DNA of 41,825 bases, taken from contig JBLNBA010000001.1 in NCBI GenBank assembly GCA_050259635.1, positions 137,329-179,153 on the forward strand. The letters run 5' to 3'. This document shows, piece by piece, positions 36,301-41,825 of the stretch (within the stretch, counting starts at the first letter, position 1; the number at the start of each line of letters is the position of its first letter). Source of the stretch: Bacillota bacterium. Its GTDB lineage: Bacteria; Patescibacteriota; Patescibacteriia; Patescibacteriales; UBA12465. Below the pieces are notes generated by a model. The model did no database searches. It was not told where the DNA came from and saw only the letters and a program-made list of their open reading frames with translations. The translations under genes and the position numbers were made by a program.

Positions 36301-38429
36301 AGGCATATTTGCGCATTCCTTCCACGCAAGAGATTTCTCCTCATTCAAAGCTGGCCCGGATCGTAGTGCAACCGGGACAAGATTACTATCTAAACTTTTT
36401 AACCAGTACGAAGGGATCCAGCGCGGCCGGAACTGTGTCGGTGTCTTTGTTTGAAAATGGGGTTCTTAGCGGGGAGGTGGCTTCTAGCAGCTTCTTGGCG
36501 GTTAATGGCTGGGAAAGGAAGATTGTCAGGATTGACGGTAAATTATTGAAGAGGAGCCAAAAGGGAAGCCAGCAATTGTCGATCGGTTTATTCTTTGGAG
36601 CCAAGACATCGGATGATAGCGAGGCTTATGCATATTTTGATGACATCAACGTTGAGCCTGTCCTGAAGGTGGCGGATAATAATTATGTGGCTAAGGAATG
36701 CCGCTTATATCCGGGAGTAGATGCGGCGTCTTGCACGAGCAAGAACAGCCAGGTTATAAAAAATGGATTGCTGGGATATTGCTTAGAGCATGATCAGGTA
36801 AATAAAAATATTTGTCTGCTGTGGTACCCCCTTGATCAGGTTAGTGCCTCTGCAAATACCGGATCCAGCTTGGGTTACAAAGGTGCCTATCCTCTGAACT
36901 ATTGCACTAATGCAGATGGAAATTTTAACTTAGTTGAAAAGAGGATGGCTACTCTTGCAAAATCGATGACTGAAGAAGGGGACCACTATTCATATTGTTA
37001 TTATGAGCCGGGACGCGTAAAGAATTTTTGCAACAATAACAAGCATGATGATAAGGAGATGCTAAAAGACGAGGCTGACACCGGAAACAGCATAAAGACT
37101 TGGTGCCAACCGGAAAAGAATTCTAATTTCGATTATTTCCTGCTCGACACGCGCGGCTGGGGCAGCCGTGAACATTATTGTATCCCATATCCTGATAGGG
37201 AAAGAAAACTTGGAACCAATGATCAGCCTACGCTTCAAGCGTCTACTAACATGAGTTACGATGTGTCCGGCTATCAGGGCTGGTATTTATATAATGGCTT
37301 ATCCGTGGCGACTACCACTGGCGCCTTGTTTAGCGAGAACAGAGATCCGGATATTAGGATATTTGAAGTCAATCATCCGGTGGCTGATCAGAACCAGTTA
37401 AAGCAGTTGGCGGGCGATGACCCCGAGAATATCTTCTTCCCGGCTTGTGATACTTTTGCTCAGACGGTCGATGCGGCCGGATATAATATGGCGTGGGCTG
37501 GCAGGACGAGTAAGGCCACAATATACCCCCTCCAAACGCCGTTGTTTTTCCGAGACGCGAGTAATTATTCTTTCAGTGATAAGCTAAATCTCTATGGGAG
37601 GAACCGTTCGCAGATACCGTTCGGGGCGGCGACTTTCCCTGATGGCTTCGATATTTTTTCCAGCCCTCAGGTCGGTTTCCTGAACCAAGCGTCAAAAAAA
37701 ATCAACCAGCCGGCATTTGCCGGCAGGCCTTATGGATGCGATGGAGGCGGTTGTAATAATATCGGTTATTGTAGTTTGAATCCGGATATGATTTGTATTT
37801 ACGATAATACCATGAGCTCCAGTACATCATTGATAAATAAAAAAACCTGCGGCGGAAATGGTACTTGTCTCCCGCTTTGGAAACCCGGGACTCATTTGAA
37901 GAGCAGCGCGGACATTTTGAGGAATATCTTTATTACCTCTTATACCGCATATCAGTTTAAGAATGGCGCCTATTCTCTGACTGATGGTTGGGCATTAAAT
38001 GCTACTTTGCCGGCTTGCGGTAATGCGAGCGCTCATTCATCGGTTTATGATGGAGACTATAATGCCTACTTCTGCTCGGTAATACCGAGGATATCCAACC
38101 TGAAGCTGAACGGGATCCCTTTGAAATCGGATACGAAAATTCCATCTCCCGGGATATACTCTCTGTCCTTTAATTCTTTAGTCGATCTGGAACAACAGCC
38201 GTTGAAAAATATCACGATTGAATGGGGGGACGGATCCATGCAGACGATCGTGAATCAGGATCATCATCCATTGGCCGAAAATCCGCACAGGATTTATCAC
38301 TATTATAAGACGGAATTATCCAGTTTGGATTTGCGCATCCGCATCAACGATAATTGGGAATCATACTGTTGTATGAAAAATGGCGATGCGGCTTGCGGAT
38401 CGATAGAAGGGAGCTGTCCTAAAGAATAG
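30396..38429 (+). CDS. Giant (2677 aa) exported Cys-rich surface protein with CBM-like beta-sandwich inserts and a C-terminal PKD-like domain
   Basis: 8-kb uninterrupted ORF; signal peptide ending PAHA|Q; repeated C-x5-GC units; ITIEWGDGS..HYY near the C-terminus. Confidence 0.85.
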   Translation: MNKKASIASNRRRFGTAGILLLLLSATFLAAPQPAHAQVDFNQAINNVLTPIWNFVKKAYEKGGAAALQKATRSALNKIAYDTATYLGSGREGQKPMFVTQDWGDYLAQIGDEAAGEFIEGAVNNWNKSAIDKKNAEKKDVACQQTYDDCVIGCSGLIPELGDQNPGACESDCLNNYKKCKSDAVVSGSLGTVSAGTSSNGYANVCSPSSLQAKLKIAMGLVNEQRPKAPNCTASELVGRWGEAINDLNFLDDFKNIFSPTANDLGIYFTLRTEMMNDVNLKAEQANNKLVADGGWLDMHDIAGNLVGLPGDAELDSEIAKQGYIDNMSQFTGDALIDAANVFLNQLALSAYKNWTTKKIANNPSEGSLAQYSSDPNIQYGEKIVKESAAEIIEPNFSVRADYDILSSLTMCRDRSNPGATDCVIDEKLMQGISEKKTVAEALKEGVLHRDWQVTKDFREGAYNLRNLQIMRKYRIVPMGWEVAAASGREATLGDLVSCYSDSDQYNEYSSSFDVRNQGWCRNLIDPNWVLKAPMNYCAKQGYGAQILDISLVPEAGLDGKMQDRVQITRADNYCADEQSCIKEKEDGSCEAYGYCQSERRTWSFGSKSCSPVNNTCTSFINSTSGQRVAYLENTLDYGDCTADSAGCKIYSVFGTYATSTGTISWSDNEADLMHFNNRLSACSAADEGCKEMMRVKPGWGSNLITGAGFDQDAVGDQMVDGKINNYWTFWSDGTKSGRIIDASEVDANSSGKAILMESLSSTASSSVALHSNNANSLIPANLNNLSEETFTLSADVYLIEGDKVHVVLGSDYQAFSETRDKNVWRHISITRNLSDKPLSEFSFSVNAYSSTNRTQVAVRNLKLEMTPWDSGFSLYGSYKAYEKLIPPYLAASCYINASENNPDFRLKPGAPSICTEFARRCNREEVGCEKYTEKATGFSVAAQAVSSDYCDQGCNGYDLYVARGNYFFSPQADKLIPSSSRKCGAEAAGCAEFTNLDEASAGGESREYYTQLKQCVKPSSECGDFYTWMGSEETGYQLRSLSLKKDASGLPAVTADDSLACSEAIYNLPAGAPGFNPDCRQYYNKQGKIAYHLSASTVTCSENCHPYRLTEKNIDSTLTQAQCTGSGRSWNATAGVCYSCLNGGTWDAGQQSCIYQAIPGEGKRCSAAQNGCREYNGSLGNNTKLVIAQDFNDGVDGWEGNCEDSALSSQEASSNNSRSLFYDRSSNSSGQIVMPKCNNTGNTSWLDRIMGSANAAPLSYIKKVLGERLQSGKAYSVKFTASAASDAQVYAAAMNSRGELAYFNASEGNDTGAYTVPGDGEWRTYELNLPALEHQTDADEALIFVSSADLHLDNLVLTEITDRYYLIKGSSDIPDVCYYDMLDQFRGEDYNLGCSLYKDRANKDHYLRQFSKLCQESAVGCELVVDTAGSDNPRPEIWKDENGNGSCDAGENDCVSVPGDRFFYAIYDNSKRCNGADEGCSRMGESVSSGDAWGDAFKRNNPDDYGQSLCGETDAGCEAWKSASDGSLQYFKNPGSNACVYRTSINPEKPGKAWYKVPVMRCDFNNNGSIDSTAERNGQVCSSASDCAANRPCIVDNTDYECPVSYFKTIGLGGAGQQVPVPSDAAGLCDAVQSGCSEYIDPVSDFSSNVIVNPTHEGNTGWGGDPNGWQVQDVAINPNTLYIFSINAVGSTEPAEEVRLEFPAGVSILGENNVLSATTTMTLAIPQGQRSVRHVFHSRGNSIAKVFRRNGSFEVVLKVALVDYQLEQSLDKSSCNGLYNLDEGCVLFNERTVDGGSGLKALTGGWNAAASQKGKAPQKCTAGNCTANALIKVRPDRVCASWLDCLTYIQDPVTNERTCYALGECNRLGDNNECSNFVSRSATALKGDNPTISKITGYSVVDRYNLAGMKEVGLDTAAHYAFEEASPTLNCRMKGMAGTPCVYDKGLVADSIIDKPSGAPTDYPAEGKAYLRIPSTQEISPHSKLARIVVQPGQDYYLNFLTSTKGSSAAGTVSVSLFENGVLSGEVASSSFLAVNGWERKIVRIDGKLLKRSQKGSQQLSIGLFFGAKTSDDSEAYAYFDDINVEPVLKVADNNYVAKECRLYPGVDAASCTSKNSQVIKNGLLGYCLEHDQVNKNICLLWYPLDQVSASANTGSSLGYKGAYPLNYCTNADGNFNLVEKRMATLAKSMTEEGDHYSYCYYEPGRVKNFCNNNKHDDKEMLKDEADTGNSIKTWCQPEKNSNFDYFLLDTRGWGSREHYCIPYPDRERKLGTNDQPTLQASTNMSYDVSGYQGWYLYNGLSVATTTGALFSENRDPDIRIFEVNHPVADQNQLKQLAGDDPENIFFPACDTFAQTVDAAGYNMAWAGRTSKATIYPLQTPLFFRDASNYSFSDKLNLYGRNRSQIPFGAATFPDGFDIFSSPQVGFLNQASKKINQPAFAGRPYGCDGGGCNNIGYCSLNPDMICIYDNTMSSSTSLINKKTCGGNGTCLPLWKPGTHLKSSADILRNIFITSYTAYQFKNGAYSLTDGWALNATLPACGNASAHSSVYDGDYNAYFCSVIPRISNLKLNGIPLKSDTKIPSPGIYSLSFNSLVDLEQQPLKNITIEWGDGSMQTIVNQDHHPLAENPHRIYHYYKTELSSLDLRIRINDNWESYCCMKNGDAACGSIEGSCPKE

Positions 38430-38457
38430 CCAAACAAAGGGCGGAGACGCTTGGGTA

Positions 38458-38486
38458 TTGACAGAATGCTAATAATTTGGTATAAA
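38458..38486 (+). promoter_or_regulatory. sigma70 promoter for the 38531 lipoprotein
   Basis: TTGACA, 17-nt spacer ending TGG, TATAAA. Confidence 0.72.
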
Positions 38487-38530
38487 TAAGATAATAGTTA
38501 CTTAACAACAAAAAAGAAAGGAAAAAGACC

Positions 38531-38989
38531 ATGAAAGCAAACCTGTTTTCACTCATTTTATTAATCTTTTTGTGCTTTGCCTGCGCTAAGGATGACGACA
38601 ATCCTCAGCCGATTAATCCGCCAACTGAGGAACAGGGGCCAACCGTAACCATAAGATTTGCTCCTGACGAAAACGAGTATTTGTATTTAGATCCTCGTAT
38701 TTGTATTTACTTAAATTTATCTTCTTATAGCCAGTGCCATGTTTCTCCAAAGGTTTTACCGGATTTATTTAACAGTAAATACATGTTGGATAAGAATGCG
38801 GATAATGTCTATCAGCTTCCATCATGGAGTGTGGGCGATACTTTAACCTGGGGCTTCGATGCTTCTGCATACTATAAGAAAGCTCCGGAGTTGAGCGAAT
38901 ATTATGAGCTTGGGGGATCAATACCGATTAAAAAAGGAGACAACTTAATAGTAATCAAATTAAAAATTTTTAATGGTGGATGGAAGTAG
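38531..38989 (+). CDS. Predicted lipoprotein (152 aa)
   Basis: MKANLFSLILLIFLCFA|C lipobox followed by AKDDDNPQP; AAAGGA upstream; it has its own promoter and terminator. Confidence 0.78.
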   Translation: MKANLFSLILLIFLCFACAKDDDNPQPINPPTEEQGPTVTIRFAPDENEYLYLDPRICIYLNLSSYSQCHVSPKVLPDLFNSKYMLDKNADNVYQLPSWSVGDTLTWGFDASAYYKKAPELSEYYELGGSIPIKKGDNLIVIKLKIFNGGWK

Positions 38990-39006
38990 TATCAAAGCAC
39001 AAATTT

Positions 39007-39041
39007 AAGCCCGTCTAATATGGATAAGAAGACGGGCTTTT
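39007..39041 (+). terminator. Terminator after the 152-aa lipoprotein
   Basis: AAGCCCGTCT-(13 nt)-AGACGGGCTT followed by TT. Confidence 0.7.
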
Positions 39042-39227
39042 AATTTGAACAAAATACAAAAAATTTGCTAGTAAGAAATATGAAGAAGCATTATAATCTC
39101 TAATGAAAGAATCGTTCGTATGATCATTTTCTTACTCTAAATTTTTTTAATCACGATTCTCCGGTTAGGGGTGGGGTATTTATCACGAGATTATTCCCTA
39201 ATATTAATGAATATTGCTCCTCCCTCA

Positions 39228-39256
39228 TTGACATTCTATCTAAATAATGGTATAAT
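39228..39256 (+). promoter_or_regulatory. Perfect-consensus sigma70 promoter with extended -10
   Basis: TTGACA (39228-39233), 17-nt spacer ending TGG, TATAAT (39251-39256). Confidence 0.85.
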
Positions 39257-39304
39257 GTAGCCATAATTATTTCCTTAACAATCAAATAAAAAAACACTTG
39301 CACG

Positions 39305-40648
39305 ATGAGAACAAAACTTGCAATGCTCATGATAATGGCGCTCAGCGCGATCATCATTTCTGGCTGCGAGCCAGATGAACCGGTTAACCCGGTTAACCCC
39401 ACCCCTGTCGTGCCAGTTGTTAACACGATAGAGATAATGTACCAGAATCCCGGTTTGGTGATCGTAAACTGCATCATTAATGATAATGGTGGAGCAGAAA
39501 TCACCGAGGCTGGCATCTGCTGGCGGAACGATAGTCTAGAACCCACAGTTCTAGGTCTCACCCGGAGAGTATACGTAAAGGAAGACGTCTTTAGCGTCGA
39601 GCTGAACGTATCTCCGAGTACGGTCTATACCGTCAGGGCCTACGCTAAGAATAGTGTCGGCCTCTCCTATGGCGGATGTATAACCTTCAAGACAGATAAC
39701 GCCCTTCCCCCAGAACCGAGGATGGCCGATATCGATGAGGGAGTACTGATGAGCAGGACTAGTAACAGCGCCATCTTTACCGGCACGGTAATAGACAGCG
39801 GTTACTGCCATATTAGTGAGATCGGTATCTGCTGGTCCAAGACCGGCACTCCCGATATCAATGACTATCGCCAGGCGATAAGTAATCCTAGTGTGGGCGA
39901 ATTCACTGTCCGGGCTCCTAACTTAGAGAAGCTCAGCGATTATATCGCCAGAATCTATGTTACCAACATCGTCGGTACCAATTACGGCGATCCTATTTCT
40001 TTCTACACCTACGACTCAGTCGTGGATGCCGATGGTAATTCTTACTACGGAGTGAGGATAGGGAGCCAAGTCTGGCTTACCGCCAATCTCAAGACTACCC
40101 ATTTCAATAATGGGGATGCGATCAACTATGTTACCGATGACGGGGAATGGGCGGCTCATGCTAATCCGGCATATTGCTGGTATGATAATGACGCTACTAG
40201 AGCAAACACTGCTTTTGGTGCACTGTATAACCTCAAAGTTATCTCCGACCCTAGAGGCGTAGCTCCTGAGGGTTATAGAATTCCTTCCAAAGAGGATATC
40301 ATGGTGTTCGGAGATTACTTTGGTCTGGAAGAATATGTTACCGATCAACAGGGTAATCCTTACCAGTATATCTATAAGGGGGGAAAGAATATAAGGAGTA
40401 ACAAGTATTGGGCTCCTCTGTTGAGAGGGAACAATTCTACCGGCTTCTCCGCTATTCCCAGTGGATTTAGATTCAGAGATGGGTATTTCCTGGAAGGGTC
40501 ATCGCGCGCACCTTGGTGGACAACAACAATTATGGATCCTGGGTATTATTGGACATTCTATACCGGAGGCGAGGTACCTAACGACAATATTTGGTTAGCA
40601 GGCAATCCAATTGATAGCGGTAGAGCAATCCGTTGCGTAAAAGATTAG
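39305..40648 (+). CDS. Lipoprotein with two FN3-like domains and a Fibrobacter succinogenes major paralogous (Fib_succ_major/FISUMP) domain, copy 1
   Basis: Lipobox ISG|C; DNGGAEITEAGICW..YTVRAYAKNSVGLSYG..FKT and a second similar unit; DADGNSY..VRIGSQVWLTANL, GALYN, PEGYRIPS, NSTGFSAIPSGFR and terminal IRCVKD. Confidence 0.88.
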   Translation: MRTKLAMLMIMALSAIIISGCEPDEPVNPVNPTPVVPVVNTIEIMYQNPGLVIVNCIINDNGGAEITEAGICWRNDSLEPTVLGLTRRVYVKEDVFSVELNVSPSTVYTVRAYAKNSVGLSYGGCITFKTDNALPPEPRMADIDEGVLMSRTSNSAIFTGTVIDSGYCHISEIGICWSKTGTPDINDYRQAISNPSVGEFTVRAPNLEKLSDYIARIYVTNIVGTNYGDPISFYTYDSVVDADGNSYYGVRIGSQVWLTANLKTTHFNNGDAINYVTDDGEWAAHANPAYCWYDNDATRANTAFGALYNLKVISDPRGVAPEGYRIPSKEDIMVFGDYFGLEEYVTDQQGNPYQYIYKGGKNIRSNKYWAPLLRGNNSTGFSAIPSGFRFRDGYFLEGSSRAPWWTTTIMDPGYYWTFYTGGEVPNDNIWLAGNPIDSGRAIRCVKD

Positions 40649-40651
40649 CAT

Positions 40652-40681
40652 AAAAGGCCACCCTTTAAAGGATGGCCTTTT
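40652..40681 (+). terminator. Terminator after lipoprotein copy 1
   Basis: AAAAGGCCA-C-CCT-TTAA-AGG-A-TGGCCTTTT hairpin. Confidence 0.72.
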
Positions 40682-40757
40682 CTAATTGTAATATCATTTA
40701 GTCTATATGAAGAAGCATTATACTTGTCAAATGAAAGAAACCATGTTCTTCCACTCA

Positions 40758-40786
40758 TTGACATTCTACCTAAATAATGGTATTAT
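40758..40786 (+). promoter_or_regulatory. Duplicated sigma70 promoter (copy 2)
   Basis: TTGACA, 17-nt spacer ending TGG, TATTAT. Confidence 0.8.
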
Positions 40787-40833
40787 GTAGCCATAATTAT
40801 TTCCTTAACAATCAAATAAAAAACACTTGCACG

Positions 40834-41825
40834 ATGAGAACAAAACTTGCAATGCTCATGATAATGGCGCTCAGCGCAATTATCATTTCTGGCTGCGAGC
40901 CAGATGAACCGGTTAACCCGGTTAACCCCACCCCTGTCGTGCCAAAAATTAGCACGATAGAGGTTACAAAGCTGGCCGCCGCCAAGGTCTTAGTATCATC
41001 CCTTATTCTCGATAATGGCGGAGCGGAGATCACCGAGGCCGGCATTTGCTGGCGGAACGATACAATTGCCCCTACCATCCAAGGCCTTACACTCAGAGCA
41101 TATGTAAAAGAAGGAGCTTTTAGCTTAGAGCTCACTCTCCAACCGAGCCATACATACACCGTCAGGGCCTATGCTAAAAATAGCGTCGGTCTGGCCTACG
41201 GTGAATGCATTACCTTTAGTACCGATGCCCTGCCTCCCCCGGAACCGGAACTTCCAGAAATAAACAGGGGGACGCTAGTGAGTAGGACCAGTAACAGCGC
41301 CATCTTTACCGGCACGGTAATAGACAGCGGTTACTGCCATATTAGTGAAGTGGGTATCTGCTGGTCTAAGACCGGGACACCGACGATCAATGATAACCGT
41401 CAGGCTATAAGTAATCCTAGTGTGGGCGAATTCACTGTCCGGGCTCCTGGTCTGGAAAAACTCAGTGATTACATCGCCAGAATCTATGTTACCAACGTTG
41501 TTGGTACAAACTACGGCGACCCTATCTCTTTCTACACCTACGACTCCGTCGTAGATGCAGACGGCAATTATTACCTCGGAGTACGCATAGGCAGCCAGGT
41601 CTGGCTTACCGCTAACCTGAAAACCACTCATTTCAATAATGGGGACCCCATTCCTTATCTGGAAAGTGATAACAGCTGGGCTAGTGCCGAGGGACCGGGA
41701 TATTGCTGGTATGATAATGACCTTACTAGAGCCAACACTGCTTTCGGTGCTTTATACAACTGGTGGGTCGGTTCTGATCCCAGAGGAGTCGCTCCGGAGG
41801 GATATCATGTCCCTACCGTAGAAGA
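40834..41825 (+). CDS. FN3-FN3-Fib_succ_major lipoprotein, copy 2 (runs off the window edge; not in the ORF track)
   Basis: Manual translation from ATG 40834 is open to the window end: MRTKLAMLMIMALSAIIISGCEPDEPVNPVNPTPVVPKISTIEV..VRIGSQVWLTANLKTTHFNNGDPIP..GALYNWWVGSDPRGVAPEGYHVPTVE. Confidence 0.9.
   Translation, partial: MRTKLAMLMIMALSAIIISGCEPDEPVNPVNPTPVVPKISTIEVTKLAAAKVLVSSLILDNGGAEITEAGICWRNDTIAPTIQGLTLRAYVKEGAFSLELTLQPSHTYTVRAYAKNSVGLAYGECITFSTDALPPPEPELPEINRGTLVSRTSNSAIFTGTVIDSGYCHISEVGICWSKTGTPTINDNRQAISNPSVGEFTVRAPGLEKLSDYIARIYVTNVVGTNYGDPISFYTYDSVVDADGNYYLGVRIGSQVWLTANLKTTHFNNGDPIPYLESDNSWASAEGPGYCWYDNDLTRANTAFGALYNWWVGSDPRGVAPEGYHVPTVE

Larger units (their letters stand above)
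39224..41825 (+). repeat. Tandem duplication (period about 1530 nt) of promoter + lipoprotein gene
   Basis: 39224-39416 is almost identical to 40754-40944, and identity resumes in blocks (e.g. AGTAACAGCGCCATCTTTACCGGCACGGTAATAGACAGCGGTTACTGCCATATTAGTGA in both copies). Confidence 0.92.

Noticed and set aside
39379-39400. CCGGTTAAC tandem, near-palindromic repeat
   Set aside because: It encodes the PVNPVNP linker in frame and is identical in both copies, with no sign of phase variation.
38990-40760. Integron attC sites or CRISPR repeats between the lipoprotein genes
   Set aside because: The hairpins look like ordinary terminators, I could not identify RYYYAAC/GTTRRRY ends, there is no integrase or cas gene, and no regularly spaced repeats.
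39151-41159. Duplicated minus-strand ORFs (39151-39561 and 40812-41159)
   Set aside because: They are antisense shadows of the duplicated lipoprotein genes.
1-41825. Alternative genetic code (TGA=Gly, as in Gracilibacteria/Absconditabacteria)
   Set aside because: Conserved genes are full length under code 11, and TGA stops coincide with expected ends and ATGA overlaps.
39305-41825. The two lipoprotein copies as a DGR template/variable repeat pair
   Set aside because: Both are open coding genes with their own promoters, the differences are not confined to adenines and include an indel, and no reverse transcriptase is in the window.

Overview
A gene-dense bacterial window using genetic code 11 (TGA is a stop). 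Gene content points to a Patescibacteria/CPR (Parcubacteria/ABY1-like) chromosome; this is inference from compact rpoB/rpoC not flanked by rplJL/rpsL, VirB2/TrbC-like pilin fusions, a giant Cys-rich exported protein and few Shine-Dalgarno sites. The + strand carries the ftsK 3' end, murE, rpoB, rpoC, two membrane hypotheticals, a GT2 glycosyltransferase, a TMTC-like GT-C/TPR protein, murJ, lepA, a 32-aa small protein missing from the ORF track, recJ and rnhA. A single tightly packed minus-strand operon (25548 to 19671) reads dsbA-porC-porD-porA-[Cys-rich pilin]-porB-[Cys-rich pilin fused to NlpC/P60], so pyruvate:ferredoxin oxidoreductase subunits are interleaved with pilin-fusion genes. The + strand then resumes with xth, leuS, rsmA, a membrane protein with Ca-binding repeats and a 2677-aa Cys-rich surface protein. 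It ends in an array of Bacteroidetes-style lipoproteins, each behind its own near-consensus sigma70 promoter, including a tandemly duplicated FN3-FN3-Fib_succ_major gene whose second copy runs off the window. I saw no rRNA, tRNA, CRISPR array, transposase or reverse transcriptase. All family assignments come from motifs recognised by eye, not from database searches.
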